A stretch of 44,360 nucleotides of DNA, from positions 1 to 44,360 of IMG/VR virus record IMGVR_UViG_3300028588_000037. One strand, written 5' to 3'. The stretch is from a virus (taxonomy: Duplodnaviria; Caudoviricetes). The notes beneath the pieces are model-generated. The model did no database searches. It was not told the origin of the DNA and was given only the letters and a program-made list of their open reading frames with translations. Positions 26,825 to 38,500 of this stretch are shown here, one piece after another; within the stretch, counting starts at the first letter, position 1; every line of letters begins with the position of its first letter. The position numbers were made by a program, and so were the translations under genes.

Positions 26825-26861
26825 CACGGGCATTTACATCCTCCGCGAAAAAGGAAACACC

Positions 26862-27254
26862 ATGTTCATCGTCACCGCCACCAAAGATAAAACCATCACC
26901 TGGCCTGTAAAGGTCGAAGTCGCTGCCGACGGCGGCCGTATCGCGAAACACGAATTTACCGGCGTGTTCAAGCTGCTCGACGACGACGAGCGCGACGCCC
27001 AGATCGCAGCGATGAAATCGAACGAGGCCGAAAGCGCCGACGAGCCGGATAGCGCCTGGAAAGAGCGCTCCGTCGATGGCATTTTGATGTCGATGGTCGA
27101 CTGGAAGCAGGTCTGCAACGCGGACAAGAGCCCGATCGAATTCAACCGCGAAAGCCTGTTGGGTCTCGTCCGCACCGCGCACGGCCTGAGCATCCTCCGC
27201 GCCATCAACACCGCCATCGGCGAGATCCGCGCGGGCGCCAAAGCAAAAAACTGA
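26862..27254 (+). CDS. Tail assembly chaperone (gpG-like)
   Basis: AAGGA RBS; ends GCA AAA AAC TGA with a slippery heptamer. Confidence 0.85.
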   Translation: MFIVTATKDKTITWPVKVEVAADGGRIAKHEFTGVFKLLDDDERDAQIAAMKSNEAESADEPDSAWKERSVDGILMSMVDWKQVCNADKSPIEFNRESLLGLVRTAHGLSILRAINTAIGEIRAGAKAKN

Positions 27255-27643
27255 AGGACGCCGCCGCGGTCTGGGCCGGCGGCGGCAAGGATGGCGAGCC
27301 TGGCGTCGATGACGACATGGCGGTGCTGGGCATCGCCGCGGCCGAGCCGGCGAAGTGGGCCGGCGAGGAGGGCGACCAGGAAGCCTTCGGGATCTACCCA
27401 GAAAACGCCCTATCGGTCTCCGTGTTCCTGTCGATGTCGTCCCAGTGGGATTGGACGGGCGGCATGGAGTCGCAGCGCTGCGGGCTCAAGCACGAAGTGC
27501 TGCCCCTGCACATGGACAAAGTCGGCGTGCCGCGCAAGCGGCGCTTCGAAGTCATGGCCGACGTCCAGGTGATGGAGCACGCCGCCCTCGAGGTATGGGG
27601 CAAGGCGGCGGAAGAGCGGCGGCGGCGAACGCCATCGCGGTAA
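27251..27643 (+). CDS. Tail assembly chaperone gpT portion (DUF1799-like), reached by -1 frameshift
   Basis: The -1 frame is open from the slippery site (LKDAAAVWAGG...) into PEN..V.VF...SQW...GL...ME.AAL. Confidence 0.82.
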   Translation: MKDAAAVWAGGGKDGEPGVDDDMAVLGIAAAEPAKWAGEEGDQEAFGIYPENALSVSVFLSMSSQWDWTGGMESQRCGLKHEVLPLHMDKVGVPRKRRFEVMADVQVMEHAALEVWGKAAEERRRRTPSR

Positions 27644-27646
27644 TCA

Positions 27647-27673
27647 GGCTCGCTTCGGCGGGCCATTGTTTTT
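27647..27673 (+). terminator. Hairpin / weak terminator before the tape measure gene
   Basis: ggctcgc-ttcg-gcgggcc then attgttttt. Confidence 0.5.
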
Positions 27674-27684
27674 AGGAGTTCGCT

Positions 27685-30600
27685 ATGCCATCAGGTGCAG
27701 TTACCGTCGGCGGTCTGGTCATCAACCTGGCCGCCGAGACCAGTCAGCTCAAGACCGACATGGCAGAAGGTGCGCGCTCCGTCGACGCCGGCGCCAAGGC
27801 CATGATCAACTCGATGACCGGTATCACCGAGTCGTCGGACCGCGCCACGGATGCTGGAGCGCGCATGGTGAAGCAGCTGCGCGACGAGATTGCCACGTTC
27901 GGCATGACCAGCGAGCAGCTGACGCAGTACAAGGCGAACCTGAACGGCGTCGGCGGCGAGGTCGAGGCACTGATGGGGCGCCTGAACCAGATGAAGGCGG
28001 CGCAGAGCGGCTTTACCGACCAGCTGGCGGCATCCGAAGCGCAGGCCACCCAGCGTATCCGCGACATGGTGGCGGCCTCGATGGCCGAAGTGTCGGCCAT
28101 GAACGACGTGGCCACCGCGACGCAGGGCGTGATCACCGCCCAGGCGGCGGCCGCGTCGACCGGGCGTACCCTGGCCGAGAGCCAAAAGCTGCAAATCCTG
28201 AACATGCAAGGCGTCGCCGCGTCCATGAAGGCGGTGCAGGAGGGCACAGTCGCCATGTCGGCGGACACCCAGCGCATCCTGGCGCAGTACGACCCGCTGG
28301 GCGCCAAGCTGCGCGCGCTGCAGGCCGACATGGCCACGCTGCGCAAGGAAATGGGCAACAGCGTCGACCCGGCCGCGATCAAGGCGTTCCAGGGACTGGA
28401 AAACGAGATCGCCAAGACGCAGGCGCTTATGGCGGCGGCCGCCGCCCAAGCGAACGCGCTGGGCACCACCACGGGCCAGCTCACGCTGACGCAGACCCAG
28501 CTGATCGAGCGCTTCAAGCAGCAGGCCGACACCATCGGCATGAGCCGGTCCCAGATGATGGCCTACCAGGCGGCTCAGGCCGGCGTTACCGCGCAGACCA
28601 AGGATGCGATCGCCGCGGTCAAGGCGCACGAGGATGCGATCAAAGCCGCAGCCAAGGCCAAGGAGGACGAGCGCAACCAGACCAGCATGCTTTCGGAAGG
28701 GCTGAAATTCCTCGCCGCCGGCTACGCCGCGCTGAAGGTCGGCGAGTACATCAAGGACGCCACGATGCTGGCGGCCAGGTACGAGACGCTCGACGTCGTG
28801 ATGGGCGTGGTCGGCAGGACGGCCGGCTACACGAAGACGCAGATGGACGCGGCATCGGAAGGTGTGGCGAGGCAGGGCATTACGATGACAGAGTCGCGCA
28901 ATTCGGTCATCAAGCTGGTGCAGGCGCACATCGACCTGTCGAACGCGTCCGGGCTGGCGCGCATTGCCCAGGACGCGGCCGTCATCGGCAATATCAATTC
29001 GTCCGAGGCATTCGAGCGCCTGGTCAACGGCGTTGCCCGCGGCAACGTGCTCATCCTGCGCAACATCGGCATCAACGTGAACCTGCAGGCCGCGTACGCG
29101 CAGATGGCTGATTCACTCGGCAAGAGCACGCGTGAGCTGACCGAGAACGAGCGCGTGCAGGCTCGCCTGCAGGCGGTGCTGGAGCGTGGCGCCGATATCG
29201 CCGGCACCTATGAGGCCGCGATGGACACGGCTAGCAAGCAGATCACGTCCATGAAGCGTTACAGCGAGGACCTGAAGACGACGCTGGGCGAGGTATTCAC
29301 GGAGAGCTTGACCATCGGCGTGATGGCGCTGACCGACAACCTGAAGGATGCAAACGGCGAAGTCACGCAGCTGTCGAAAAACGACCAGCTGGAAGAGTGG
29401 GGCAATAACCTGACCAGGGTCTTCGTCGGAATCGCTACCGCGGTCGACAACTTGGGTCTGGCGATGTCCAAGGTGACTACCTTTGCATCCCACGATATGG
29501 CGATGACCGATATCAAGGTCAGCTACCGGGCAAAGATCAATGAAGCGAACCATGGCCGCGGTATCTTCGGCGCGGACTCGCCTGAAGCGAAGCGTCTGAA
29601 GTCCGCACGCGACGCCGAGCTCGCGGAGGAGCAGGCATCTTATGAAGCGGCCCAGCTCGAGATTTCCAGAGGCTTCGGCCGGTTTGAGCGCGCGGCGGAT
29701 GAGCGAATGACCGCCCGGAAGGAAAAGCGCAAAAAGGACGCGGAAGAACGCCTCAAGGTCGATCAGGACTACGCCGCGCGCGCGCAGGCCCTGGCCGTCG
29801 CCAATGCCGACAAAAGCCTGGAGGTCCAGCGCGCGGCCCAGTCGGCGCTTGCGAAAGAGGTGTACCAGGGCACGGGAAAATTCCGCGACACAGAAGGCCG
29901 CGAGCCCAAGCCGAAGGTCGACCAGGCCGACAACACGCGCCTGCAGGAGCACCTGGCGGGCATCCAGGCGACCTCGGCAGCGGACAAGTCGTATGTCGAC
30001 TACCGCCTGAAGCTGGACGACATGCTGCACAAGGCCGGCGAGATCAGTGACGAGGAGTACTTCAAGAACAAGAAGGAGGGGCTGAAAACGGTCTACCTCA
30101 GCGAACAGCTGATGTTCGATCAGGAAATCGCGGCCCTGCGCGCGCATCACAATTCGACCGAGGCCGAGACCGCGAAAAACCAGAAGGCCATCGCCGACAT
30201 CGAGGCGAAGAAGGAAGCCGCCGGCACGAAGTACGGCCGCGATGACCACCTGCTCGACGAGGAAGAGCGCCTCCGCGAAAAGAAGCTCTACGACGACATC
30301 GTCAAGGCCACGGTCAACGCCGGCGCCACCAGCATCCAGAGCCTGGACGACCAGATCAAAAAGCAGCGCGAGCACAACGCTGAGATCGGGAAAACGAAGG
30401 AGCAGATTGAGCTGGCCAAGAAGGCCCAAGTCGAGCTGGACACGAAGCAGCTGCAAAGCGACGCCGACTACCTGCGCGATGGCATGGCCAAGTGGGAGCT
30501 CGACGACAAGTCCCGCGCCGTGTACGAGATCCGCCTGGCCAACCTGGACGGCGAGATCGCGCGCCGGCGCACGCTGGCTGGCCTGCTGGATGTCGGCGCT

Positions 30601-33240
30601 GATGCAGAGGCTGGCGCAAAGGCAGCCGCCGAGCTGGACAAGTACCTCGATCCGACGAAAGCCAAGGAGTTCGGCAATGCTCTGAAGGGTTCGTTGGGAA
30701 CAGCGGCACGCTCGATGATCGACCTGACCAATGCGATGCAAAAGTACGGCAAGGAGCAGGAGGCGAACGATAAGGCACGAAAAGCTGCAGAAACCGCCCG
30801 GGCCAGCGGTACTAAAACGCAGGCGGAGTACCTAGCCGACATTGGTCAGCTCAACAAGCGCAATACGAAAGAGCAGCTGGCAAGCTACGGCAACATGGCT
30901 GCGGCTGCCGCCGGGTTCTTCAATGAACACAGCAAGGGCTACCAGGCGCTGACGGCGGTGTCGCAGGTGTTCCACGCGGCCGAACTGGCGATGACGATGG
31001 CCGAGCTGGTGCCGAAGGCCATCAGCGCGGTTCTGACCCAGGGCCAGGGCGATCCGTACACGGCCTTCGGCCGGATGGCGGCGATGGGCGCCCTGGTCGC
31101 TGGCCTGGGCGTGGCAATCGGTGGCATCAGTGGTGGCGACACCACCGCCAAGGACCGCCAGGCGGCGCAGGGCACCGGTACGGTGCTGGGCAATGACAAG
31201 GCGAAGTCGGAATCGATTTCCCGCGCCATCCAGCTGGCGGCGTCGAACTCGAGCACGCAGATCGACTACCTGTCGGGCATGCTGGGCTCGTTGCGCAATA
31301 TCGAGACGAGCATCGGGGGCTTCGCCAGCCAGATCGTCAGCGGTACCGACATCGCCAACCCGAACGTCAACCTGAACACCAACAACGGGCTGGGCACCAC
31401 GCTGGCCGGCGCTGGACTGACTGCTGGCGGCGCGGCGCTGGGCGGCATGGCCGGCGCAGGCCTGACGGCGTTCACGTCGCTGGGTGCTGTCGGCGGGCCG
31501 ATCGGCATGATCGGGGGCGCGCTGCTGGGTTACCTGGCGAGCAAGAGCAGCTTCGTCGGCAAGGTGGCGACCGCGCTGTTCGGCGGCAAGCAGAGCGTCG
31601 AAGACTCGGGCTTCACCATGGACGCCACCAGCCTGGGAGCGATCCTGGCCAGCGGCGCCAAGGCAAACAGCTACGCGGACGTCAAGACCAGCGGCGGCCT
31701 GTTCAGCCACAGCAGCCGCGACACTAAGACGCAATCGCTGGGCCAGGATGCAAACATCCAGTTCGGCCTGGTGATCGAGAGCCTGTCGGACAGCATCACC
31801 GAGGCCGGCAAGCTGCTCGGCGTGTCCGGCGCCGGCTTCGAGGCGCAGCTCAACAGCTTCGTGGTCGACATCGGCAAGGTCAGCCTGAAGGGCATGACCG
31901 GAGAGGAGATCCAGAAGGCTCTCGAATCGGTGTTCTCGAAGCTGGGCGACCAGATGGCGACGGCTGCGGTCGGCGGCCTGCAGCAGTTCCAGAAGGTGGG
32001 CGAAGGCTACCTCGAAACCCTGGTGCGGGTGGCGTCGGACTATGCCAAGGTCGATGCGTCGCTGCAGTCGATTGGCAAGACCTTCGGCAGCGTGGGCGTG
32101 CAATCGATCGCCGCTCGCGAGGGCCTGATCGCGCTGATGGGCGGGATCGACCAGTTCCAGAGCCAGACGGCCAGCTTCGGCTCCAATTTCCTCACGAAGC
32201 AGGAGCAGCTGGCGCCGGTGGCCAAGTACGTCGACGACCAGCTGGCGGCGCTGGGCCTCAGCTACGTCAAGACGCGGGACCAGTTCAAGGACGTCGCCCT
32301 GGGCCAGGACCTGAACACCGCGGCCGGCCAAAAGCTGTTCGCTTCGCTGATGGGTCTGGAATCGGCATTTGCCGCGACCCATGCGGCGACTGTCGACCTG
32401 ACGAAGACCGAACAGGAAGTCGCCGACGAGCGCAAGGACCTGCAGGACCAGCTCGACCAAGTGACGATGACGCAGGTGCAGCTGGCGGCGAAAGCCCGTA
32501 ATGCGCTGGCCGAGGTCAACCGTCCACTGTACGACCTGGTGCAGACGGCCCAGAAGCTGGCGGACACGGCGACCAACATGGAGAAATTCCGTGATGCCGC
32601 CAAGGCGCTGAACGACAGCCTGCTGACGGGGAATCTGTCGGTGCTGACGCCAGAGCAGCAATACGCTGAGCTGCGCGACCAGTACCAGAAGACCAAGGCG
32701 GCGGCGTTGGCCGGCGACACGAAGGCGCAGGACCAGGTGTTCAGCACGCTGAACGCATTCCTGACGGCGTCCCAGAAGCTCTACTCCGGCGACTCGGTGT
32801 ATCAGGCGGACTTCGCCATGGGCCAGCAGGATTCGGCATCTATGGCGACGTGGGCATCAGGCCAGGTAGACACCGCGCGGGCGCAGCTTGATGCGATGAA
32901 CTCGCAAACGACTGCCCTGCAAAGTGCGAACAGCATGCTGGCCGCGGCGAACACGATCCTGACGACGATCTCGCAGAACACTGCGCCGGCGCCGATTCAA
33001 TCGGGCTACGTGCTGAGCAATGCGCTGTCGGCGCTGGGTACCGCTGTGAAGCTGCTCCAGGAAACCGCCGCGAAGCAGCAGGGAGAAACCGCTGCGCTGC
33101 GGAAGGATCAGGACCAGCAGACCGGCGAAACCATCGCGGCCAATGACGACTCGGCGCAGCGAGCGGCGGAAACAATCGCCAGCCGCCTCGAGACGGCAGT
33201 GTCGCGTCTCGTTTCCAATCAGAAAGTAGCTCTCGAATGA
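27685..33240 (+). CDS. Tail tape measure protein
   Basis: 1851 aa, Ala-rich helical, VGGLVINLAAET N-terminus, Gly-rich hydrophobic segments, follows the G/T chaperones. Confidence 0.95.
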   Translation: MPSGAVTVGGLVINLAAETSQLKTDMAEGARSVDAGAKAMINSMTGITESSDRATDAGARMVKQLRDEIATFGMTSEQLTQYKANLNGVGGEVEALMGRLNQMKAAQSGFTDQLAASEAQATQRIRDMVAASMAEVSAMNDVATATQGVITAQAAAASTGRTLAESQKLQILNMQGVAASMKAVQEGTVAMSADTQRILAQYDPLGAKLRALQADMATLRKEMGNSVDPAAIKAFQGLENEIAKTQALMAAAAAQANALGTTTGQLTLTQTQLIERFKQQADTIGMSRSQMMAYQAAQAGVTAQTKDAIAAVKAHEDAIKAAAKAKEDERNQTSMLSEGLKFLAAGYAALKVGEYIKDATMLAARYETLDVVMGVVGRTAGYTKTQMDAASEGVARQGITMTESRNSVIKLVQAHIDLSNASGLARIAQDAAVIGNINSSEAFERLVNGVARGNVLILRNIGINVNLQAAYAQMADSLGKSTRELTENERVQARLQAVLERGADIAGTYEAAMDTASKQITSMKRYSEDLKTTLGEVFTESLTIGVMALTDNLKDANGEVTQLSKNDQLEEWGNNLTRVFVGIATAVDNLGLAMSKVTTFASHDMAMTDIKVSYRAKINEANHGRGIFGADSPEAKRLKSARDAELAEEQASYEAAQLEISRGFGRFERAADERMTARKEKRKKDAEERLKVDQDYAARAQALAVANADKSLEVQRAAQSALAKEVYQGTGKFRDTEGREPKPKVDQADNTRLQEHLAGIQATSAADKSYVDYRLKLDDMLHKAGEISDEEYFKNKKEGLKTVYLSEQLMFDQEIAALRAHHNSTEAETAKNQKAIADIEAKKEAAGTKYGRDDHLLDEEERLREKKLYDDIVKATVNAGATSIQSLDDQIKKQREHNAEIGKTKEQIELAKKAQVELDTKQLQSDADYLRDGMAKWELDDKSRAVYEIRLANLDGEIARRRTLAGLLDVGADAEAGAKAAAELDKYLDPTKAKEFGNALKGSLGTAARSMIDLTNAMQKYGKEQEANDKARKAAETARASGTKTQAEYLADIGQLNKRNTKEQLASYGNMAAAAAGFFNEHSKGYQALTAVSQVFHAAELAMTMAELVPKAISAVLTQGQGDPYTAFGRMAAMGALVAGLGVAIGGISGGDTTAKDRQAAQGTGTVLGNDKAKSESISRAIQLAASNSSTQIDYLSGMLGSLRNIETSIGGFASQIVSGTDIANPNVNLNTNNGLGTTLAGAGLTAGGAALGGMAGAGLTAFTSLGAVGGPIGMIGGALLGYLASKSSFVGKVATALFGGKQSVEDSGFTMDATSLGAILASGAKANSYADVKTSGGLFSHSSRDTKTQSLGQDANIQFGLVIESLSDSITEAGKLLGVSGAGFEAQLNSFVVDIGKVSLKGMTGEEIQKALESVFSKLGDQMATAAVGGLQQFQKVGEGYLETLVRVASDYAKVDASLQSIGKTFGSVGVQSIAAREGLIALMGGIDQFQSQTASFGSNFLTKQEQLAPVAKYVDDQLAALGLSYVKTRDQFKDVALGQDLNTAAGQKLFASLMGLESAFAATHAATVDLTKTEQEVADERKDLQDQLDQVTMTQVQLAAKARNALAEVNRPLYDLVQTAQKLADTATNMEKFRDAAKALNDSLLTGNLSVLTPEQQYAELRDQYQKTKAAALAGDTKAQDQVFSTLNAFLTASQKLYSGDSVYQADFAMGQQDSASMATWASGQVDTARAQLDAMNSQTTALQSANSMLAAANTILTTISQNTAPAPIQSGYVLSNALSALGTAVKLLQETAAKQQGETAALRKDQDQQTGETIAANDDSAQRAAETIASRLETAVSRLVSNQKVALE

Positions 33241-34694
33241 CAATCTCTGATGTGCAATACGCTGCGTGGCTCGACGAGTCGACCGCGCAGCGCGTGACGC
33301 TATACCGTATCGGCTGCCTGAGCGGCGGCGTGCAGACCTGGCGCCGCCTGTCCAACAAGCCCTTTACCGGGCCGGCGGCGACGCCGTATTCCGCCGCTAT
33401 TGCCAAGGACCTGGTGATTACCCGCTCGATCTCGCGCGATGGCGAGGCGAAGCTGTCCGCCGGCGCCGTCGAGGTCTGGAACGTCAACGGCGAGTTCGAC
33501 TCCTGGTTCAATGATGTGTGGGTGAATCAGGGCGTGTTCGTGCTGGTCGGCGATGCCAGTTGGGACGAGTCGGACTTCCGGCTCGAGTTCGTCGGCGCGC
33601 TCGGCGACATCGCACCCGGCAGCGACGACACAAGGATCCAGCTGAACTTCCGCGACTCGCTGCAGCGCCTGAACACCCCGGTGTCCGAAGCCAAGATGGC
33701 CGACGGCACGCTGTACCCGGTGGTGCTGGGCGAGGCGGCCAACATCACGCCGAAGAAGGACGCGGTCACCGGCCGCTGGTACTACCACTGCGGGCCGGCC
33801 GAGGGCCTGATCGAGCCGCGCACGGACGGCAGGAAGCGAACCGCCGACGTGACGGACGAGTCAGGCAGCGGCCGGTTCGCATTCAACACTGCCGTCGGGC
33901 CCGGCGCCATCACCTGCAGCGTCCAGGGCGACAAGACCGGCGGGGTGTATCGGAACACGATCGCCTCGCTGGTGCAGCTGCTGGCCACCACCTACGGCAA
34001 GGCCTCCACGCGTATGACGGTCGACGACATCGATACGGCGAACTTTGCCGCATTCGACGCCGCGAACAAGCAGCCCGTTGGCCTGGCGATCCTCGACCGG
34101 ACCAACGTGCTCACCGCATGCGCCCAGCTGGCGGCCAGCAAAGGCGCGCAGCTGATTCCGTCGATGCTGGGCAAGCTGCAGCTGATCCAGTATGCAGTCC
34201 CGACCAGCGCGAACCTCAACATCCCGCGGTCGATGCAGGTCGAGGGCACGCTGGTGCTGGTCGGCCGCTCACCTGTGGCTGCCGCGGTGCAGATCGGGTT
34301 CTGCCGGAACTACACGCAGCAGCCCAGCCTGCAGACGTCGCTGGTGGACGAGCACAAGCAAATGTTCGCAACAGAGTGGCAGACGTACACAACGCCCGTC
34401 GACCAGGCGACGCAAGCCAACTACAGCTGGTACACCGACCCGGTGATGGAGCAGACCTGTCTGCTGGGCCTGGCTGACGCCAGGGGTGAAGCCGACCGCC
34501 GACTGGCCTTCACGAAGGTGCCGCACCCGACCTACCGGGTGGAGCTGACGCCGGCCGGCATGCGTGTGCAGCTCGGCGAGGCACGCAACTTGTTCGGTGA
34601 TCGGTACGGCCTGCAGAACGGGAAGCCCGGCCAGGTGACGAGCCTGACCACCGACTTCGGCCTGTATTCGGTCATCGCAGAAATCACAGTTTAG
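33237..34694 (+). CDS. Tail tip / hub-like protein
   Basis: 485 aa directly after the tape measure gene; P.VLGE..NITP motif. Confidence 0.7.
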   Translation: MTISDVQYAAWLDESTAQRVTLYRIGCLSGGVQTWRRLSNKPFTGPAATPYSAAIAKDLVITRSISRDGEAKLSAGAVEVWNVNGEFDSWFNDVWVNQGVFVLVGDASWDESDFRLEFVGALGDIAPGSDDTRIQLNFRDSLQRLNTPVSEAKMADGTLYPVVLGEAANITPKKDAVTGRWYYHCGPAEGLIEPRTDGRKRTADVTDESGSGRFAFNTAVGPGAITCSVQGDKTGGVYRNTIASLVQLLATTYGKASTRMTVDDIDTANFAAFDAANKQPVGLAILDRTNVLTACAQLAASKGAQLIPSMLGKLQLIQYAVPTSANLNIPRSMQVEGTLVLVGRSPVAAAVQIGFCRNYTQQPSLQTSLVDEHKQMFATEWQTYTTPVDQATQANYSWYTDPVMEQTCLLGLADARGEADRRLAFTKVPHPTYRVELTPAGMRVQLGEARNLFGDRYGLQNGKPGQVTSLTTDFGLYSVIAEITV

Positions 34695-34700
34695 GAACCC

Positions 34701-35519
34701 ATGGCAAACCTTCGCATCATCGCCCGAAACCTGGCGCTGATCGCCACGCTCGTCGCGAGCAGCACAGCCGGCACGCTGGCGGTCACCAACCTGCAGGCCA
34801 GTAAGAAATCCGATGTCTGGCGTGCCACCGGCACCACGGCGACCATCAGCGGCACGATGCCGGTGGCCGACCTGGCGTCCGGCGTGGCGCTGCTCGGCAA
34901 CTTTTCGCCGACCACCACAATACGCCTGCGCCTGTACTCGGATGAGGCCGGGACGAACCTGGTGCTGGACACCGGCGTGGTGCTGGCTTGCCCGGCGCCG
35001 GCGGTCCAACTGGACGGCTGGCCGGCGGCAAAGGCCGCGAGCGCGTACGCATATGGCGGCGGCGCCTACGCGCGCACCTGGTTCGCGCCGACGTCGTGGC
35101 GCAAGTTCGTTATCGACCTGGTCGACACGGCAAACCTGCAGGGCTACATCGAGGCATCGAAGCTGGTGATCGGCCCGTATTGGTCCCCGGCCGACAACCC
35201 GTCCTCGGCATCTACGACCGACGTCGATGGGGCCACGCACTACCGCACCGCGGCCGGTGACCTGCTGAGCCGCGCATCTACCGTCCACAAGAAGGCGGCG
35301 ATCGAGCTGGAATACATGCCGGCCGCTGACCGCGCCACGCTGGCAAACATCCTGCGCGGCAGCCGGGCCCGGCCGGTGTTCTTCAGCCTGTATCCCGGGC
35401 ACCCCGACCTCGAGCTCGAGCGCGACAACATGTTCATCGGCAAGCGCATGACCGACTCGGAGTCGGTGGTGCAGGCGGCCATCCGCTACGGCACCAAGCT
35501 GGAAGTCGAATCAATCTAA
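34701..35519 (+). CDS. Tail tip / distal-tail-like protein
   Basis: AGGA RBS; NL....S.VWR, GYIEASKLVIGPYWSP..N. Confidence 0.7.
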   Translation: MANLRIIARNLALIATLVASSTAGTLAVTNLQASKKSDVWRATGTTATISGTMPVADLASGVALLGNFSPTTTIRLRLYSDEAGTNLVLDTGVVLACPAPAVQLDGWPAAKAASAYAYGGGAYARTWFAPTSWRKFVIDLVDTANLQGYIEASKLVIGPYWSPADNPSSASTTDVDGATHYRTAAGDLLSRASTVHKKAAIELEYMPAADRATLANILRGSRARPVFFSLYPGHPDLELERDNMFIGKRMTDSESVVQAAIRYGTKLEVESI

Positions 35520-35528
35520 GGAAGCCGC

Positions 35529-38500
35529 ATGGCCACTGTAGTCAATTTCATCGACACGACGCTGCGGGCTGCGGCGACGCGCGGCGTCAACCTGCCGACG
35601 GCAGACATACAGCTGTTGCTGGACTCGCCCGGCTTCCACGTCGCTGTCGACGGCTCGATCACGCCGGCGTCGATCACCGTCACTGCGACGCTGGTCGATC
35701 TCGACGCGCCGGCTCTCAACTTCAACAGTGTCGGTGGCGACATGTCCAACGTCACCGCCAAAAGCGTCAGCGTATCCGGGGCCTCCATGCTCGGCACCAG
35801 CGCGACCGTAATCGCGAGCGTGACGGTGAACGGCGCGCTGTACACGAAGTCGTGCACGATCTGGAAGGTCCAGGATGGCGCGCCCGGCATATCGACGCCA
35901 GGTGCGCGTGGCGCCGGCCACTATTACGCGTCCGGGTCCGCATGGACGGATGCGCTGGCCAACGTCAGCGTTCCATCGCCGAAGGTTGCGGGCGACGTGG
36001 TGACCATCTCCAGCGGCACCTTCGTGATGGAAAAGCGCTGGACCGGCTCCGCCTGGGTGGACAACGGCGTCGTTATCGACGGCAAGGTGATCGTGCCACA
36101 ATCGATCACCGCTGGTTCGATCGACACGCGTGGCCTGAGCATCAGGGACGCCGCCGGCAATGTCATCCTGGCCGCCGGCTCGGCCCTGCCGGCTGCCTAT
36201 GCGGCGTCGGGTACCGTGAATGCCGACCTGGTGCCGAGCATTCAGGCGGCGGCCACGACGGCGACTCTCGCAGGTCTGGATGCAGGCCTGGGCGGCCGCA
36301 ATATGCTGGCCAACACGCTGCCGAACAGCCTCCTCACGCCCGATGGCGGATACTCCAGCGCGTTCGCTGATGGGGCCTACGGGGATGCAGTGGCTTATGC
36401 CGGCCCTGATAATCAATACGCTGTGTGGTCACCCGAACGACGAGGGAATGTTTACTTCCGTATGTGGGGCCCGGTGGGTGCTCGCGCTGACATTTATCTG
36501 AACCCGCGATACAAGGTGGTCGCACGGCAGCGATACGAGTTTTCCGCAACGATTAGCGCGCACCGCTGCCGTGCGTACGTCAGTATTGCGTGGTATCGGG
36601 CCGACGGCAGTTACATCATCGAGCATGCTGGTAGCTACATCGACGGTACCCAGTGGAGCGCAGACGACAAGAGCGCGCCGCCGCGGTCAGTAGTCATCGT
36701 TGCTGCACCGGACGACGCCGTCGCTGCCATGCCCTTCCTCCGCGCGCTCAAGACTTCGGATGCCGGCTCGGATGCTTACGCTTTCGGTTCTCAGTTCTAT
36801 ATGGGTGAGGCTCTGCCGAATCAGACAGTGGCGTCTCCCTATTCAATGGGCGTCACTGAAGCACGTGACATGGCCGCCGCGGCTCTCGTCAAGTATGAAA
36901 CTCTCGCCGCGGATGGCGTGCTGGATCGCGGCGAGAAATCGAGCCAGCTTATCCCGCTGTGGAACGACGAATCGGCCGCCTGGACAGCCTTGCGTGCACG
37001 CGCGGTAGCGCTTGGACTGGACGTCTCCCCCTATGACGGACCGTACTACGCCGCCTCTAATTACTTGTCGGGGCTGTATCCATACTGGAATGATGTCACC
37101 AACGACACCCAGATTGTTCGCAGCGACTTCAACACGATTTTCAACAACTTGAGTCAGGCGCGTTCGGGCATGCAAAGCACGATCGCAGCCAAAGCGGCAA
37201 CGATGGCGTCGGGTGTGACGCTCGATACGAATGGGCGCCTTCTCGGTGCCGGTGGTGGCCAGGTGCAAAATCTACCCGTGGTCGACGGCGCGCGAAACGT
37301 CAACTATGCGCCGCGCGACTATGGCGTGTGCCACCTCAAGGAGTTCAAGGAAGCCAACGCGATCGGCATTCCGACCATGCCCGGCGGGTACTGCACGCTT
37401 GAAACCATGAAGCCATGGATTGATAGCTCGGGCGGCAATGCCACGCAGTGGGCGTACGTCAACGACCAGACGTGGCGGCGCACAGCACCATGTGGCGCGG
37501 CCAGCTGGGGTGCATGGGTGCGTGACCTGGATCGTACCGCGTACACCGGCGACCTGAACGCCAGTTCCGATATCGTTCTGGTTGGTCGTGGTGTCGTCAT
37601 CAATGGCAATGCCGCGACCAAGAACACGGGTGTCAGTCAGTGGGGTGATGCGGACTGCTACAGCGTGGACAGCTATTACGGCGGGGCTTATGCAAGCGCT
37701 GTAGTCGTAAATCCAGCTGGCTGTGCGTTCATGTTCGGTCTTAACTCTGACGTGACCACCGACGCCAGCTACCAGTCGCTCGATTACGCTATCTATAACG
37801 AGTACGGCAGTCTTTATGTCTACAACTCCGGCAATCCATATAACGGTGGGCAAAAGCTCGATAGCCTTTATGAAGGCGACATAATTAGCGTCAAATACGA
37901 CAGTGCGTATATGTACTATGAGCGTAATGGTTTGCGCTTCTTGACCCTGCCTGCGCCACCAAACCTCAAGCTGTCGCTGGACTCGGCGTTCCACACCAAC
38001 GGGATGACGCTGAAGAACATCAAGTTCGGTCCGATGTCTGATGTGGCGGCTGGCGTGGCTGCGTACAACAACATCCCAGCGATCAACAATGAACTTGGTA
38101 AAAGGCTTAACGCTGAAGCCAGCAACATTCTGCGCGCCCCGATCACCATTACCACCGGGGGCGGCTTAGTCGTTGGGTCCCTCACGTACGATGCTACAAA
38201 CGGTCTACGCGGAAGCGGCTCAGGGGTGGCAATCACGCCCTACGGTGCCATCGCGCACAACGGTACTAAATACACTTTCTCCTTGAGTGGGGGCTCTGGT
38301 GACGCATCATTCGGCGGCAATTTAGATGCGGCATACGGATCTTTCGGCAATCTTCGCGTTGCGCCGGGCGGCGCAATTTGTAGCGGCCCTTTCTACGGCG
38401 CATGGAGCTGGAATGGAGCGAGCGCCGCCGGCGGTTTCCAGATCAGTGAGCAGGGCATCCTGGGTGGCAATCGGGACAACCCGAACATCGGTTATTTCCA

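Noticed and set aside
14698-32661. Long antisense ORFs (14698..16119, 17790..19928, 25668..27182, 29113..30741, 30832..32661)
   Set aside because: They overlap well-supported structural genes on the opposite strand and have shadow-ORF composition
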